This document shows, in pieces, positions 44,225-57,528 of a stretch of 64,000 nucleotides of DNA. A program made the position numbers and the translations under genes. The stretch is taken from positions 124,001 to 188,000 of the forward strand of contig OW569383.1 in the NCBI GenBank assembly GCA_937625935.1, read 5' to 3'. Position 1 is the stretch's first letter. Each line of letters begins with the position of its first letter. Below the pieces are notes generated by a model that had not been told where the DNA came from, made no database searches, and saw only the letters and a list, made by a program, of their open reading frames with translations. This stretch comes from Tetramitus jugosus. Its lineage: Eukaryota > Protista > Heterolobosea.

Positions 44225-47200
44225 ATGAAAAGTAAATTTGGAGTCTTGCTTGCCTTTTGCTTACATGCGTTCCTATTGTCATGCATATGTTCCATCTGTG
44301 CTGTTTCTGCAGCCATTTCATCCCCAAACATTCCAGTCAATTGGATTCAAGGCATGGGTGATGGTATCTCTTTTTCTTCCATGACAACTGTGGGATCAAC
44401 AAACGAAATTGTTGTCGTTGGAACATTGAATCTGACGTCGGCAGGTGGATCTCCAGTGATGGAAAATGTTCTGAACTCGGAACCATTCAGTGGTTCTTCA
44501 CTAATGGGATTTGTATCGGTGATGAGGAGCGACGGTAATCCCTCGTGGACAAGGTTACTTGATTTTTCCCCAAACACTGTGACTGAATGGACAGATCGAC
44601 TCTATGTCGCAGGATCGAAGAATAATAGTTCTGGTTCAATTCATCGATTTTCACTACAAGGAGATGTTGTCGGAACAACGTTGGAGGTACCGAACACCTG
44701 GTTCTATGGAAGTTCTGTTGATCCAGCAACAGACTTGCTGTATTTCACTGGAACAGAGATGGCGAATGATAAGTCGAGCGTAGCGGTATTTCTTTTAGAT
44801 TCAGGAGGAAGCCTCACTACTTTTTTGAGTTCATCTTATGGAGTAGGAAGAAATACAGGAAACAATATCGTTGTTCGAAACAATATTGTTGGTTTATCTC
44901 TAACTGTTGAGAGTTTGATTAATCTATGTGGAACAACACTGAATCCAAGTGGTGAGTCAAACTTCTATGCAATTATAGACTTACACAATCAAGCTATCTA
45001 CGACCTTCAGCATTATGGAAACAAGCCACACCTAGTGACCGCGAAACTATCAGGCACATTTTTCGGTCTTTCATTCGATGGGACTAAGTTTCATCAGTAC
45101 TCCAGTGGTGGAATCTTTCCCGTTTCCATGTTTGCCGACACATCCGCAGGTTCATTAGAAATATATGGACTGAATGGTGAATCAGCTCAATTTCTTGTCG
45201 TCACAGGCAAAGTTACTGGTTCAGTTCCTATCCTGGGGAAAACAACTATTGCGTCTAGCCAATTTCGTGTCCCAGACGGTTTTGTGTGTAAAATTGCATA
45301 TCCAATTGGTAGTAGTGTCGTTTGTGATCTTTTTGGAAGTGATCCTCTGGTTTCCAGTGGAAGATTGGTATCTGTGGATGCCGTTGGAAATATCATTGTT
45401 GCGGCTCAAGCAGGAATCTCACAAATGGGTTAATATTGTCCTTCCACAAGGGTATATTAATGTAATTACGAGTCTCGGAGCAATGTCAAATGCAACCATC
45501 ATTTTGTCACAACATCTGAAAGATAGTTCCACTCTTCTTGAGTCCAACTACCGATATCTCATTAACAGACCAATCAATGTGACAGGGTATTTTGTGTTAG
45601 TGTCTGCTGGTGCGGTATTGACGTTCAGTGAAAATGGAAGATTGAACCTCAAGTGGACTATTTTGACAATGGAAGGAAGTCCCACATCGTTCATTCAAAT
45701 CCGAAGCCTTGATGAAAACCCAATGGCAAGAATTATTTCAGACTCATCAAACATCAGAATGGACTACGTTGTCATTGGAAAGGGAATGAGCTTTGTTAAT
45801 GCACGACAAGGTTTATTATTCATTTCAAATTCTTTGTTTGAAAATGCAGGAGAAAATATGATTCAAGTTCAGGATGCCGCCAAAGTGTCTATCCTTTACA
45901 ATACTCTTTCTTCGGACAGGTCCTCTTTCACTCCAACTATTGTCATTTCGAAAAGTAGCTCCTTCACACTAACGGATGTTTCCGTCGTGGGTAATTCATT
46001 TCAGATGTCAGGATCTGCACCAATCTTGGAGGTGTCTATCAAGACTTCCGCATCAATCACCATAACCAACAATAGGTTTGTGGGAAAAGGTCGGGGTGCA
46101 TGGATCTATACATACACAGGTCAATTAACTGTTACTGAGAATACTTTTACAAGTCTAGGAGATCCATTAACTATTACTATCATTGATGATGCTCTATCAA
46201 TCGCAGCAGTCGACAGTAATCAATTTATAGAATGTACTGGGGCAGTTTCGGTTTTCAAAGAAAATGCAGGGAAATTGTATATAAGAGGTAACCTATTCAG
46301 AAGAAATAATGCCAGATACATTCTGCGCGTTGACAATATGGCTTTTTGTTCACGGCGATTATTGATCGAAGGCAATGTGTTTCATGGGAATACTTTATCT
46401 GATCAAGTTGTTTCCATGATGTTTCCAATGACTGGGTGTGCACTCTTTGATTTCAGGAGCAACACAATAGTGGACAATACTCTGCTTTCACCTTCTGCTC
46501 ACCTGCTGAATGTGAACGGAGAAATCAGAATCCACAGAAATATCTTTCAGTACTCTCCTAACTCACTCGTCAATCGTGGATCATCGATTTTGGATGTACA
46601 GTTCAACAATTGGGGAACAACTGACCCAGTCCAAGTGAGACTTGCTTCAGGTAACTCATCACCCACACTGAGGAGTGTAACTTCTCTTTACAGTCCATTT
46701 ATCGATCAATTCGGAAATGTGATGGAGGTAGACTTTTTCAATAAGACTGAAAAACGAAGTATCGTTGATTGCCAAAGTGTGAAAGATTTTTGGCCAAGCG
46801 CCCCTTCTGCCGTGTACAGAATCAATCCATATTGTCAATCAATGCTAGTATCTTGTAGAATGACCGACAAAGCTTCAATTGTTCTCCAGAGAAGACAACA
46901 TTTAGACACGAGTTTTACTGTTGGATGGACTACTTATGAAGAAGGATTTGGGAATTTGGATGGAGATTTCTTCTTGGGATTGAAAAAGTTTTATCTACTT
47001 ACGAAAACTACCAACAAGACAAAAGTAGAATATTGGGATGCTCAGTATAAGCATTATTTCATTAGTGGTGCTATGACGATTGGACCTTCTGACACAAACT
47101 ACGCCCTAACCACTGACATTGGTGAAATGAATCATTCGAAAATTTCTTTCGGAACTGCAGACCACTCTGATAGTGAATCTGTTGCATGTGCAAACAATCA

Positions 47201-50200
47201 ACTGTCAGGATGGTGGTTTGGAAATTGTTCGAGCCCCAATTCCTGGAATTTGAATGCGCCGATATCTTCTACTGCGAGTTTAGTGTATGTGGGACCAAGA
47301 AAGGACATCTTTGGGACTCATTGGGAACTAGAATGTTCATCAGATTATCGAGATACGATGGTTTGTAACTCATCAATAACATGTTTTAACCGAAATCAAA
47401 ATGATTCGGATGTTTGCTCAGGTAATGGTAATTGTGAAGGATTAGACTCTTGCGTTTGTTATCCGGGCTTTTCTGGAGATGATTGTAGCGAACTTTTAGT
47501 TTCGATTAGCTATTCGCAGAGCAAGTATTGTGAAGATATTGTGTTCTCAGTAAACACGTTCAAAGGGAATAGGAGTTACACGTACGTATGGTCAATGTAC
47601 AATGCTAACGGAATGAAACCTGGAGTCGAAGCTTATCTATCATCCCAAAACAATCATTCAATGATCTTACCTGCTTACTACATGAGTGTCTCTGTAAATA
47701 CTATTCAAGTTGATATTTTGGACGAGGGAATTAACATCGGGCAAGCACGCCAAGCATTTATGATGCCTCAGCCTGTTCTTGAGTCGAACAATATCGACAT
47801 CAGAGATTCTCATATTATTGTCAGACAATTTGAAGTTTACTCCTACATTCTGAGAACAAGAGACTTGCCAATTTGTGCCAACAGCGAGACCAAGATATGG
47901 ACAATTAATGGAAGAGAGTATCAAACTCTCGAAAACTCGGTTTCTCTCGATCTTGTTTCAACGCAATCAGAAACTCTCGACATTACTCTGAAATTATTAT
48001 CATCAGTGACACGAGCCAATGTTAGTGTTTCAATAATCCCAGCTCGTCCTGTGGCAATTATTTCGGGAGGAAATAGAATGGTAACTGCATTTCACAACCA
48101 CACTATTGATGCCTCAAGAAGCTATGATCTCACTGTATCTAGCAGCACCACTGCTCTATTCCATTGGAGTTGTGTCGGTTGCAAAAATTTGGTGTCATCC
48201 AATAGATCTACAGTTGTATTTAATGAAGATGTGGGAGTGTATTCGCTTATCGTTGTCTATTACCCTGATATCCTTGTCCCTTCTCGAAGAACAAGTTCAC
48301 AGGTGACGCTAACTGTGATTGATGACCTTTCTGATATGCCAATCCCACAAATAACTACTACGCTGCCAGATCTACTCGATGCACGTAACAAGCTACGTAT
48401 TGAGCCATCAGTTTCTAAGAATCGTCCAAATCATTTGCTTGATTATGAGTGGATAGTGTATATAAAGGAGAAGATTGAAACAACAGTGATCTCAGGGAGT
48501 TCATACAATGTTGTCCCCCTGGTTTTGTCACAGGGATTTCTCAAACCCAATAGCTCGTATGTATTCACATACCGAGTCAGATATAGAAACTTTACAAACA
48601 ATGGTGTAGTGTCTGTATCAGCAAAAACTGCATCTGCTTCACTCATTCAGACTATTTCATGTTCTCCATGTAATGGAACTGCACTGGAGACACAATTTGG
48701 ATTCTCCATCGTTGCTACAGATCTCATTGAATACTATCCATTGCAATATTCATTCTCATATTTTGATCCATCGAGCAAGAGATTCATCCCACTTCAAACC
48801 ATCTCTAACTCACCAACTGTTCAAACCATACTGCCAAATTTGAATTCTAACCATATCATTATCCAGGGAACTGTGATCAATTTCTTCGGAATTGAATCAA
48901 TGGCACAACTGAACATTAGTTTGACAGTAATGGATACGTCAACCGTTCTGCAAGATCTCATTTCAAATTTGAATCGAAATTCCTCGAATAATATTCTGAC
49001 TTCGATCACTGGTTCACTAAATACAATCAAAATGAACAATGACTCTAACAAGATTGTGGAATCAGTTCTGTATTTCATGTCTGATAGTTTGGATCGAGAA
49101 GCATCCAACTCATCCATTTCAATCAGTACTGCAACGCTCAATATTAATGCAATTGAAACGTTGACAGAGCTGACTGCCTCATCAATGAGCTTTAATCTCA
49201 CAAAAAACTCTCATTTGCTCGTGGATAAAATTATTGATCTATGTATTAAAGGAAACCTTGAATTGAGAGACTCGACAACAAATTCGTTGGCCAGAGCTGT
49301 TTCAAATTTGATGATGAGTTATGGTACTGATGAATCTCACCAAACTAATCCCATGATATCCTCCATCTCCAAGATTTCTTCCTGGGTTGCCAACTCCAAG
49401 TGGATCTCTGAAAATCAAACCAACATTGTCACCGATACATATCAATTGTCTGTTAAAAAGGAAACCGGTGATACTATTCGTGGAACAGACATTTACACAA
49501 ATGACGTTCAAGTAACTGTTCCAAGAAACATTTCTGTTTTTTCATCCAAGCAAGTATATGTTGTTCAGTCTATCAGTTTCAATCATACTTTCAATCCCTA
49601 TCTCCTTACAAGTTCAAATTTCAGCACTCCTATTGTTGATTTTGAAATCAAACAAGGTGATACCAAGTTTAAACTGATGGACTTGGAGTATCCATTGGAA
49701 ATTGTGCTGAATAAGGAAGTTGAGAAAGAGAATTCGTCATTCCGATTTGAATGTCGATTCATGGATGAGAACACCAACTCTTCATGGTTCACAGATGGAT
49801 GTTGGTTGTACAAAGAAGATGAAAAAAGTGTCACATGTCATTGCAGTCACACAACAAGTTTCAGTGCGATGATCATATATGATCCAAAGGCACCCAACAA
49901 GACATCAGATGGGCTGTATATCACCAGCATCATTGTTAATTCATTCTTTGCATTGATTTGCATATTTCTATTGGTTATGAGTGTTGTTTGGATGAGAAAA
50001 CAACCAATCAAGTCTCGTTTCCTTGCTCCTTACATAGGGTTGGGAGCCATTATTGTGGAGTGTGTTTTAAATGGAATCATCAGAAATTCATTGCTCATCG
50101 CAGCCAACAGCGAAAAGGATTATAGAGGGATCAACAGCATTGCCTACTTGATTCTGACAATTGTGAACCCAGTTGTTCTACTGTCACTATTTATTTACTT

Positions 50201-51374
50201 ATGGCAAATGCTTCGATACTTCTTCCTGAAGAACTTATATGCCATAATGGATGTTGAAAAACGAAACTTGAAGAAAATTCGCTTCTTAAAGATGTTATCA
50301 TCCAAGTTGGTCTATGTTGTTCTTGGCTCGCTGGTATTTGCTGCTTCTTGCACTTACTTTGTTGTCATTTCCATCCTGGAGGCAACAAATGTAATCAAAC
50401 CAAATGCGGCCTCGACTGTCAATGCCCTTTCATTCTCCCTCATGTCACTTCTGCTGGGTGCGTTAATTGTGGCAACATTTATTTGGGACTGCACCATCAT
50501 TTTGAGTCGAAAACTGTTTAGAAGAGAATTGAAGAAGATGTCTGAAGGAAATGCTGACGTTGAATACTTGAAGAGAATTGTGTGGACATTTGTGAATCAT
50601 TTTAAGTCGGATGATCCATTGATGTTCAGAATTGAGTCTATTTTCATGGTATCCGCCATGATTGTCATGACTGTGTCATATATTGTGGGTATTTCCGATA
50701 GATTCAATTCTAGATCATCTCCCAATTCAACTGCCAAGATCATTGAATTCTTGTTCGATATTCTGTACATCTCATTGAGAATATTGGCATTTGGTGGCTT
50801 GGCAACACTGGTTCGCTTCATCCAACGTGTTAAACTTCACAGAGAACATGAAGATTACTCTCGATTGAAGCAATACATGAGTGAATTGAAGACAGGCACC
50901 AGTACTATTGAATCTCAATTGCAAAACATGCTGAGAGATGAGTATGGTTATCTGGCAATCTCCACATATGCCAAGAAGGAATTTGCACTTGAGAACATTA
51001 TTCTTTGGAAGAGATTGGAAGATGTGAGAGCAGAGAGCATGACTGCATCTGTTGAAAAGAGAAAGAAATATTTACAAGACTTGTTTGATGATTGCATAGT
51101 CAGAGGAAGTCCGTATGAGTGCAATCTTCCCAGCAAAATTGTGAAAAATTATCGAAAGATATTGGCTCAACGAGATGAGATTACAGCTGCTGATGCGGAA
51201 GAGCTGTTCTTGAGCGTGTCCAATGAGGTACTGATCAACATTTGTGACACATTTACCAGATTTTCAGTCTCACCAGAATACGCGCAATACCAGCGTGTCA
51301 GAGGTATGGCCAAAGAGCTACACGATCGTAATTTCATTAACAGTGAACTTCCTCTCGATCCCAGTATGAAGTAA
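44225..51374 (+). CDS. Giant adhesion-GPCR/polycystin-like 7TM-RGS receptor (~2375 aa); frame junction near 45429..45450
   Basis: Signal peptide, propeller-like repeats, beta-helix repeats, fibrinogen-C motifs (LQRR...YEEGFGNLDGDFFLGL...SGWWFGNC), EGF (CSGNGNC...CVCYPGFSGDDC), REJ/PKD (IDASRSYD, GTALETQF), GPS (CRFMD...WFTDGC...CHCSHTTSF), seven TM helices, RGS (KEFALENIILW...DTFTRF). Confidence 0.85.
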
Positions 51375-51500
51375 CTGCACAATAGTAATTTAATAGATAA
51401 AGTCTCTCTACTCACCAAATATCATAAGAATCAACTTTCATTGTTTTTGAATACAACCAAAGAACCATCTAGTCGTTCATTACACGTGGCATTTTACTTT

Positions 51501-52280
51501 TTACATTAGAGAAGGATCAGGCAAATCCAGTCCTGTCGTAGTTGCTGTCTGATCCAAACTGCTCACATCAGGCAACACCGAAGTCAACACACTGTTCCGC
51601 TCCTGTTCCATCTTCTCTACATCTGGCAGTGTCAACTCGTTGTCACTACCACCAACACTATCCTGTCTGCTCTGTTGTTTATTCGCAATCATTTTTTGCT
51701 TTTGTCTGATTTGAACCAACTTTGGTTCAATCTTCAAATCACCATACTGCTTCATTGCATCCTCCTTCTCCTGCTCTGTCACTGGTGTACTGTCCAAAAC
51801 AGTCAAATTCTTCAATCGACTCAACACAAACAACCGATAGTCCGTGTACTGCTGTACCGTGCCTCCATTGAAGAAATTGGGACATGCTTGATTCTTCAAC
51901 ATGCTAAACATTTTGAGATTGGGACAACAGGCTGCAATCTTGTCAATCCACACTGCGAGATGCTTAATTTGACATCCATTGACCCACAACAACTCCAATC
52001 GAGGCAACAGTTTTCCACTGTTAAAGTTACTGTTGGATTGGAGACGATTGTTGTCTGCGACGAGTGATCTCAACTGGGGGAACCAGTCCAAGTTGGGCAG
52101 ATCGGTCAAGTAGTTGAATGAGAGGTCGAGTTCGGTGATTTGAGACGCCTTCTTTCCACCAATCACCGCGAATGGAATTTGACGCAATGATTTGTGGGCC
52201 AATGAACATCTGCCCTGTGCATCAATCTGTATATCTTTGCTGGATAGAATGGTACCACTGCCTCCTCCACTTGCTGACAT
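51501..52280 (-). CDS. Leucine-rich repeat protein, LRMDA (C10orf11)/U2A'-like with LRRcap
   Basis: LDLSFNYL, LVADNNRL, LWVNGCQI, SMLKNQACPN...YRLFVLSRLKNLTVLDSTPVTEQE. First ATG at 52280. Confidence 0.8.
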   Translation of the reverse strand: MSASGGGSGTILSSKDIQIDAQGRCSLAHKSLRQIPFAVIGGKKASQITELDLSFNYLTDLPNLDWFPQLRSLVADNNRLQSNSNFNSGKLLPRLELLWVNGCQIKHLAVWIDKIAACCPNLKMFSMLKNQACPNFFNGGTVQQYTDYRLFVLSRLKNLTVLDSTPVTEQEKEDAMKQYGDLKIEPKLVQIRQKQKMIANKQQSRQDSVGGSDNELTLPDVEKMEQERNSVLTSVLPDVSSLDQTATTTGLDLPDPSLM

Positions 52281-52761
52281 TTGTATTGTCCAATGTTGTT
52301 GTTGTTGTTTGTTGTTTTTGTCTGTCCTCACAGGGTGAGTTGAGCACTATTCTTGTTTTTTGTTTTTTCTGGATTGTTCCGAGTTTGAACGGAGGAGTTT
52401 CATTGGAAATTTTCGGCGCGCTGGAACCTCGGAGTTGGAGAATGACAGTTGATTGCAAGAATTAAATACAGCCAGTGGAGAAAGTGTGTTTGAATAAAAA
52501 TTTTTGTTTTTTAATATGTACACATAATTAAGGTGTGTATGGTGGTTTGGATTGATTACAGGGATGGATGGTTGTTGTTGGTTCAGTGGATAATGGTCGC
52601 TCTAGCAAAATTTGTTGTGAAGTAGATCCGGAGATGACACTCTTCGAATGACTTCCAACATTATCGATTCTTTCTCTCTAGTAAAGTGTGTGCGCGTTCG
52701 CAATCGATTGTGGTTGGAACTTGCAGGTTTCAGTTGATTCAGTAATCATCAACGATCACAC

Positions 52762-53754
52762 TTACTTTTGCTTCTTTGCTGGCTTTTCATCATCACCACC
52801 AGCTTCAGCCTTCTCAGCTTCTGCTCTCTTCCTCTTCTCAGCTGCCTTCTTCTTCTTGGTAGCAGCAGACATTGGAGCTCTTCTCTTCTTCTTGGTCTTT
52901 GCTCTTTCAGAGGCAGACATTGCCTTGGTACCTTCATCATCACCATCGAGGAATGCCAAAATTCTCTTGACCATCTCCTTCTTGTTTCCTCCAGTGATTC
53001 TACCGTTTTGCTTTAGGTAGTCCTTGAGTTGTTCAGTGTAGTATTGATACAAATCTTCAAAGGTGATTCCAGGCTTGATGTCTGAAACCTTTGGAGCATC
53101 AGCACGAGCTTCTTCCTTTGTCTTTCTCTTGCCAGAACCCTTTTCTTCCTCAAGAGCTTCCTTCAAGTGTGGATAACCACCAGAGAGAATACGATCAATG
53201 ACAACCTTTCTGGATCCAGATTTTGAGAGCTTCAAGTGAGCAGCGACTTCATCAATGAATGACTTTGCCATCGTTTCAAACATCTTTCTCAAACCAGCAA
53301 TGGTCAATTCTTCGCACAAGGCATCAATCTTTGCTTCCTTGTCGCCTTCTTCTTGGAATTCCATGCATGAGCAAATCTTGTCAAGAGAGTCTTCGTTCAA
53401 CTTTTCAAAGAACTTGTCAGGGGTGGCCTTCTTGAAGTGATCCTTGAATTGTTTGGCCATCTTGGACTTGTTGTCATGACCCAAGTCGTCAGTGTCTTCC
53501 AACAACAAGAGACAGCTCTTCATGGTGTCAGCATCCTTGGAAACAGAGGACAACAAGTGTTGTGATCCCTTCTCTTCGGCAACTTCCATAACGGCTTGGA
53601 CTTGCTTCTTCTTTGTTCCAGAGGACTTCTTTGCCTTGTTTCCAAGCAAGAGCTCCTTCAAGAGATCAGAGCTAAGTTTTTCGAGGACGACTTCAATGGT
53701 GACATCTTCTTGGTCGTCGTTTGTGGCTGTTGATGTTGATTCCTTCTTGGACAT
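52762..53754 (-). CDS. Multi-SAP-motif DNA-binding protein with Lys/Ala-rich tail
   Basis: SAP-like units LKELLLGNKAKKSSGTKKKQVQAV, LDKICSCMEFQEEGDKEAKIDAL, IDEVAAHLKLSKSGSRKVVIDRIL and LKDYLKQNGRITGGNKKEMVKRIL; C-terminal KPAKKQK. Confidence 0.75.
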   Translation of the reverse strand: MSKKESTSTATNDDQEDVTIEVVLEKLSSDLLKELLLGNKAKKSSGTKKKQVQAVMEVAEEKGSQHLLSSVSKDADTMKSCLLLLEDTDDLGHDNKSKMAKQFKDHFKKATPDKFFEKLNEDSLDKICSCMEFQEEGDKEAKIDALCEELTIAGLRKMFETMAKSFIDEVAAHLKLSKSGSRKVVIDRILSGGYPHLKEALEEEKGSGKRKTKEEARADAPKVSDIKPGITFEDLYQYYTEQLKDYLKQNGRITGGNKKEMVKRILAFLDGDDEGTKAMSASERAKTKKKRRAPMSAATKKKKAAEKRKRAEAEKAEAGGDDEKPAKKQK

Positions 53755-54790
53755 TCTTCAAAGTGGTGGGACTACGAGTGTGTTGGTTGGTTTAAGCTGT
53801 TCGTTCAGTTGTTGTTCTGTTTTGCTTTTGTTTCTTGAAAGGATCTTTCTGGTTTTCTCTGGAAATTTATAATAATTTTGGACGTCAGGTGCACAGACAC
53901 AAGGTAGAATCCGTGTCAGTGAAACTGAAACCAGATGCCACTGACCGACCATACAGCGGATACAATCCATGCGATAACGGCTCGTTCAAGCAAGTGTAGG
54001 ATGAGGGGAACACCTCGCCAAAGGATTAGTCGTAACGGTCAGTAACGATCGAGATCGAAAATTTTTGTCGGGTATTTTTTCGTTGTAACTGGATAAAAAA
54101 CATGGATTTTGCTGGGTCAACCTGATGGATGAAGTTTCAACAAGGTCGACAGTTACATGTTTACATGAACTCAACCACTTTGTTTGAGAGGGTTTTGACT
54201 TTGTATTCCCATATTATTGGTCTATGGCTCTAGTGTGCTTGATTCTTGAGGAGTTTTGTGAACTGACAAAAATGTTGCAATAGGTCGTTTGAACCATAAC
54301 AAAAAACATCCTCTGTTTTCACACCGCACATTCCACTACAGTCATTGTATTCCAACAACCTATTCCGTGTTCAGATATCAAACAAAAGAACTTTGAGAAT
54401 AGAATCTTCTCTTTTAAACTTGATGTCTTCTTGAAGAACAGGCGCTGCCAAGCTTGTTGGATCGATTCGTTGAATTTTTGGGCAAGGTAACCAACAAAAA
54501 AGAATTCCCAAGGAAGGCCTTCCAAGACCAAGTGACGTCTTAACGATTTTAGATGTTCCTGCACAATGAAAGGCAATTTTGAATTGGAACTCAAGGGTTG
54601 GGAAAGACCTTGACCACCGAAGTGAAACAGATACAGTTCGGGTGCACCAAGGTTTTTAGTGATCCGATGACATTAAAGCCCTTTTATTCTTGACCTCTTT
54701 TCCCGCCAGAGCTCCTTTTTACCGTTGCAAAGAACTACAGAAAAATGTCATTTTTCCACCGTGGATGCAAGAATCGGGAGAAAAGGTGAA

Positions 54791-57362
54791 ATGGATAAGC
54801 TCATGTAAGTGGCATTAGTTCAGCAACACTATTCTTTCAAATTTCAAGATCATAACTCGAATTTTATGTGAAACAGTGAAGAGACAGAGAGAAGATTTTT
54901 GTCCAAGTTTGGCGAGTCGAATGGGGAACTCGACATTGATGTTGACATTTATGTTGAAAGTGATCAACATGCTTTTACTCTCAACTCTCTTGTTGAAATG
55001 GACAATCATCTGATTAACGATACCCACTTTCAAGAGATGGTTCAAGATGTGGATCGCTATTGTTCTGAACACTTTTTCAAGGTATCCATCCTGATTAGCC
55101 ACCCATCAACCGTTGTATGTCTAGTACTATTCATAGTGATTAACCCATCGATAATAGAACATCAAGCAAGAGGATAAATATTATGTGTTTGTTTGTGGTT
55201 TATTGAGAGGACTCCTTAGGGAGTGTGTCTCTGTTTATGATCCCTTCGAGCGAAAACAAGTAATAGAGAAAGTTTATCGTTGGTATAGAGACAAAAGAAA
55301 ACTATTATTGGATTACAAGTTAAGAGTGTTCAAGAGACAGACATTGGGGAAGAAAGAAGAAAAGAAATCCCTTGTCGGATATGAAGACAAAGAGGAACAA
55401 AATGAAAACAATGAACTCGAGACAATTGATGAGTATTCAGACCTTAAAACACCGAGAGTTGATCCACATCAGCATGTTTCTATTGAATATTTGAGATCGC
55501 GATTGAAAGAGAAGATACAATCAGAGCAAGATGTTCTACCTGATCCGACCGATTACCAACAGAGGAAAGCGACACACTTTGATCCCAGGGTAGAGAAGCA
55601 CGATGTGTTAAGCGGTTTATCTAACGATCCTTCGATCCCCTTCTATATGAGCAACGAGAAGAAAAGGAAAGTATTTGTGCATCAAAAGTTAAAACAATAC
55701 AGCAAGAGGAATATCCAGAAAACAGAAGAACTACGACAAGCAAGCGCCGAAATGCTGCCCTCACAGATAAGCTCACCTACTTCGTCTATGTCGACATCTT
55801 TCTTTGGAAAGCAAACATCCAAAACCATTCCAGAGAAAAAGAAGAGACTAGCGGATGTGTATGCATACACGGAGCGGACCGACAAAGAGAAGGGTAAGAA
55901 TGTACAGAAAACATGGCTAATGCATCGAGTCAAAGAAGCAGAAGAGCATCTTGAGACCTTGGAAATGAATGATGTTGTTTCATCGTGGAGTAGCAATAGA
56001 GCTCGTATTCAAGAAGAAATATTCAGAAGACATGAGAGTTCTCAGTATTCAGCTCAAACTGGTTCTAGAATCCAGAACGTTATCAAAAGTAATGAGCTAA
56101 CGGCAGAAAAGAATAGAAGATTAAAGAGCTTAAAACTAAAGAGAAGGATAGTGAACAACTTTTTGGACAGCAGCAGCGATGAAGACTCCACAATCGATAA
56201 CTCCGTAGGAGATGAAGAAGGATTTGAAGTGAAGAATGAAAGAATGATAGATGTTTCGCACGAGGGAATACAGACTACAGGCATTGATGAACTCCCCGTA
56301 TTCCTGTCTCCTTACAACAACCTGAAAGAAGTGGGCCCAGTGAAGATTCAATCCTCTATGTATTTGGAAGATGTTGTGCAGGAACCTACTGCTGTGTTGA
56401 AAGGATTCCTTTCTCCAACTACTCATGCCAACATACCAAAGAAATCTAAACAAAGAGTTCTGTTGATGGATATCATTCAGAACAACACTCTTTCAAGATC
56501 AAATAGTATGAATAACTTGCAAAAAGCAGATTCAAAATTTAGTCAGGGATTGGACCACCTGATTCGACCATCTTCGACTAGCTCAACCCGTAAAGTCCAC
56601 AAGAGCAAAAGAAATTCATTAACTCCTACTTCTCCTTCAGCAGCAAGAGGGAAGGGTATCAGCGCCTCGAAGATTAGCTCCCTGGCAGGGCCTGAGATAG
56701 TGCCAGATATCCCAGAAATCACAAAACCGTCCTTTGGAAGATATCTAGATAAGGGTAAGGTTGTTATGCATAATGTGTATGAACTCTATGCAAATCAAGT
56801 GGTGAAACATAATGAAGTGGTGATCAAAAATATGAAGCCCAATCGAAATGGGGTTCCAACTACTCAAGGAAGCACTAAAACTATACAACGACCTCCCTCT
56901 CCGAAATCTCCTTCTTCATCTCGCCCAGTGTCCTCCAGAACAAGAGGAAACATATCAAATAGGATTGGAAGCTCTCATCCAAGTTTACCTGAGCCAAAAG
57001 AACCAATTTTCCAAACTTTGAGTGATTTTGGACATCCCCCATCGTTGTTGTATGGTGCTCAGATGGATGAGTGTGAAAGGATAAAACTTGAACTCTCCAA
57101 AAGGAAGATTCATATCCCTTCAAAAGTATTAGAAAGGAGCATCGTCATACCAGAAGATAAACCATTTTCAGTGTGCAAACGCGACCTTCCAAGTCCTTCA
57201 GCAGGTTTAATTGAAGATGTATCTCTCTTACCAGCTAGAAGGCGGCGACCGAGATCTGGAAGAAGCACCAGAACTCCAAGGAGTTCTTCCGGAAGCAGAC
57301 CGAATACAGGAAGGCCAAATTCTTCCAGGCTTCCTTCAAGCCGGGCATCCACTGCTAGATAA
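54791..57362 (+). CDS. Uncharacterised protein (~807 aa), 3 exons; introns 54805..54876 and 55082..55157
   Basis: ATG at 54791. GTAAGT...AACAG and GTATCC...AATAG introns join ORFs 54899..55177 and 55185..57362 in frame. Coiled coils and RPxS/T-rich basic tail. Confidence 0.72.
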
Positions 57363-57528
57363 CATTCGGGCAAATCGACATGGTCGTTGTAATAAATTTT
57401 GTAACTGCGAGCGCCGAAATTAATCGGGGTTCGAAGCAGATATCTCCAACACAATTCCACCTCTTTGATCCCAGAAAGCAAACAAAAATTTATCACCAAC
57501 ACATAGCAACACAGTAAATATAAGAAAA

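Noticed and set aside
45174-45428. N-terminal ~85 aa of the 2066-aa ORF
   Set aside because: Overlaps the signal-peptide ORF, whose frame has the propeller-like motif (VSVDAVGNIIVA); this stretch is the non-coding frame.
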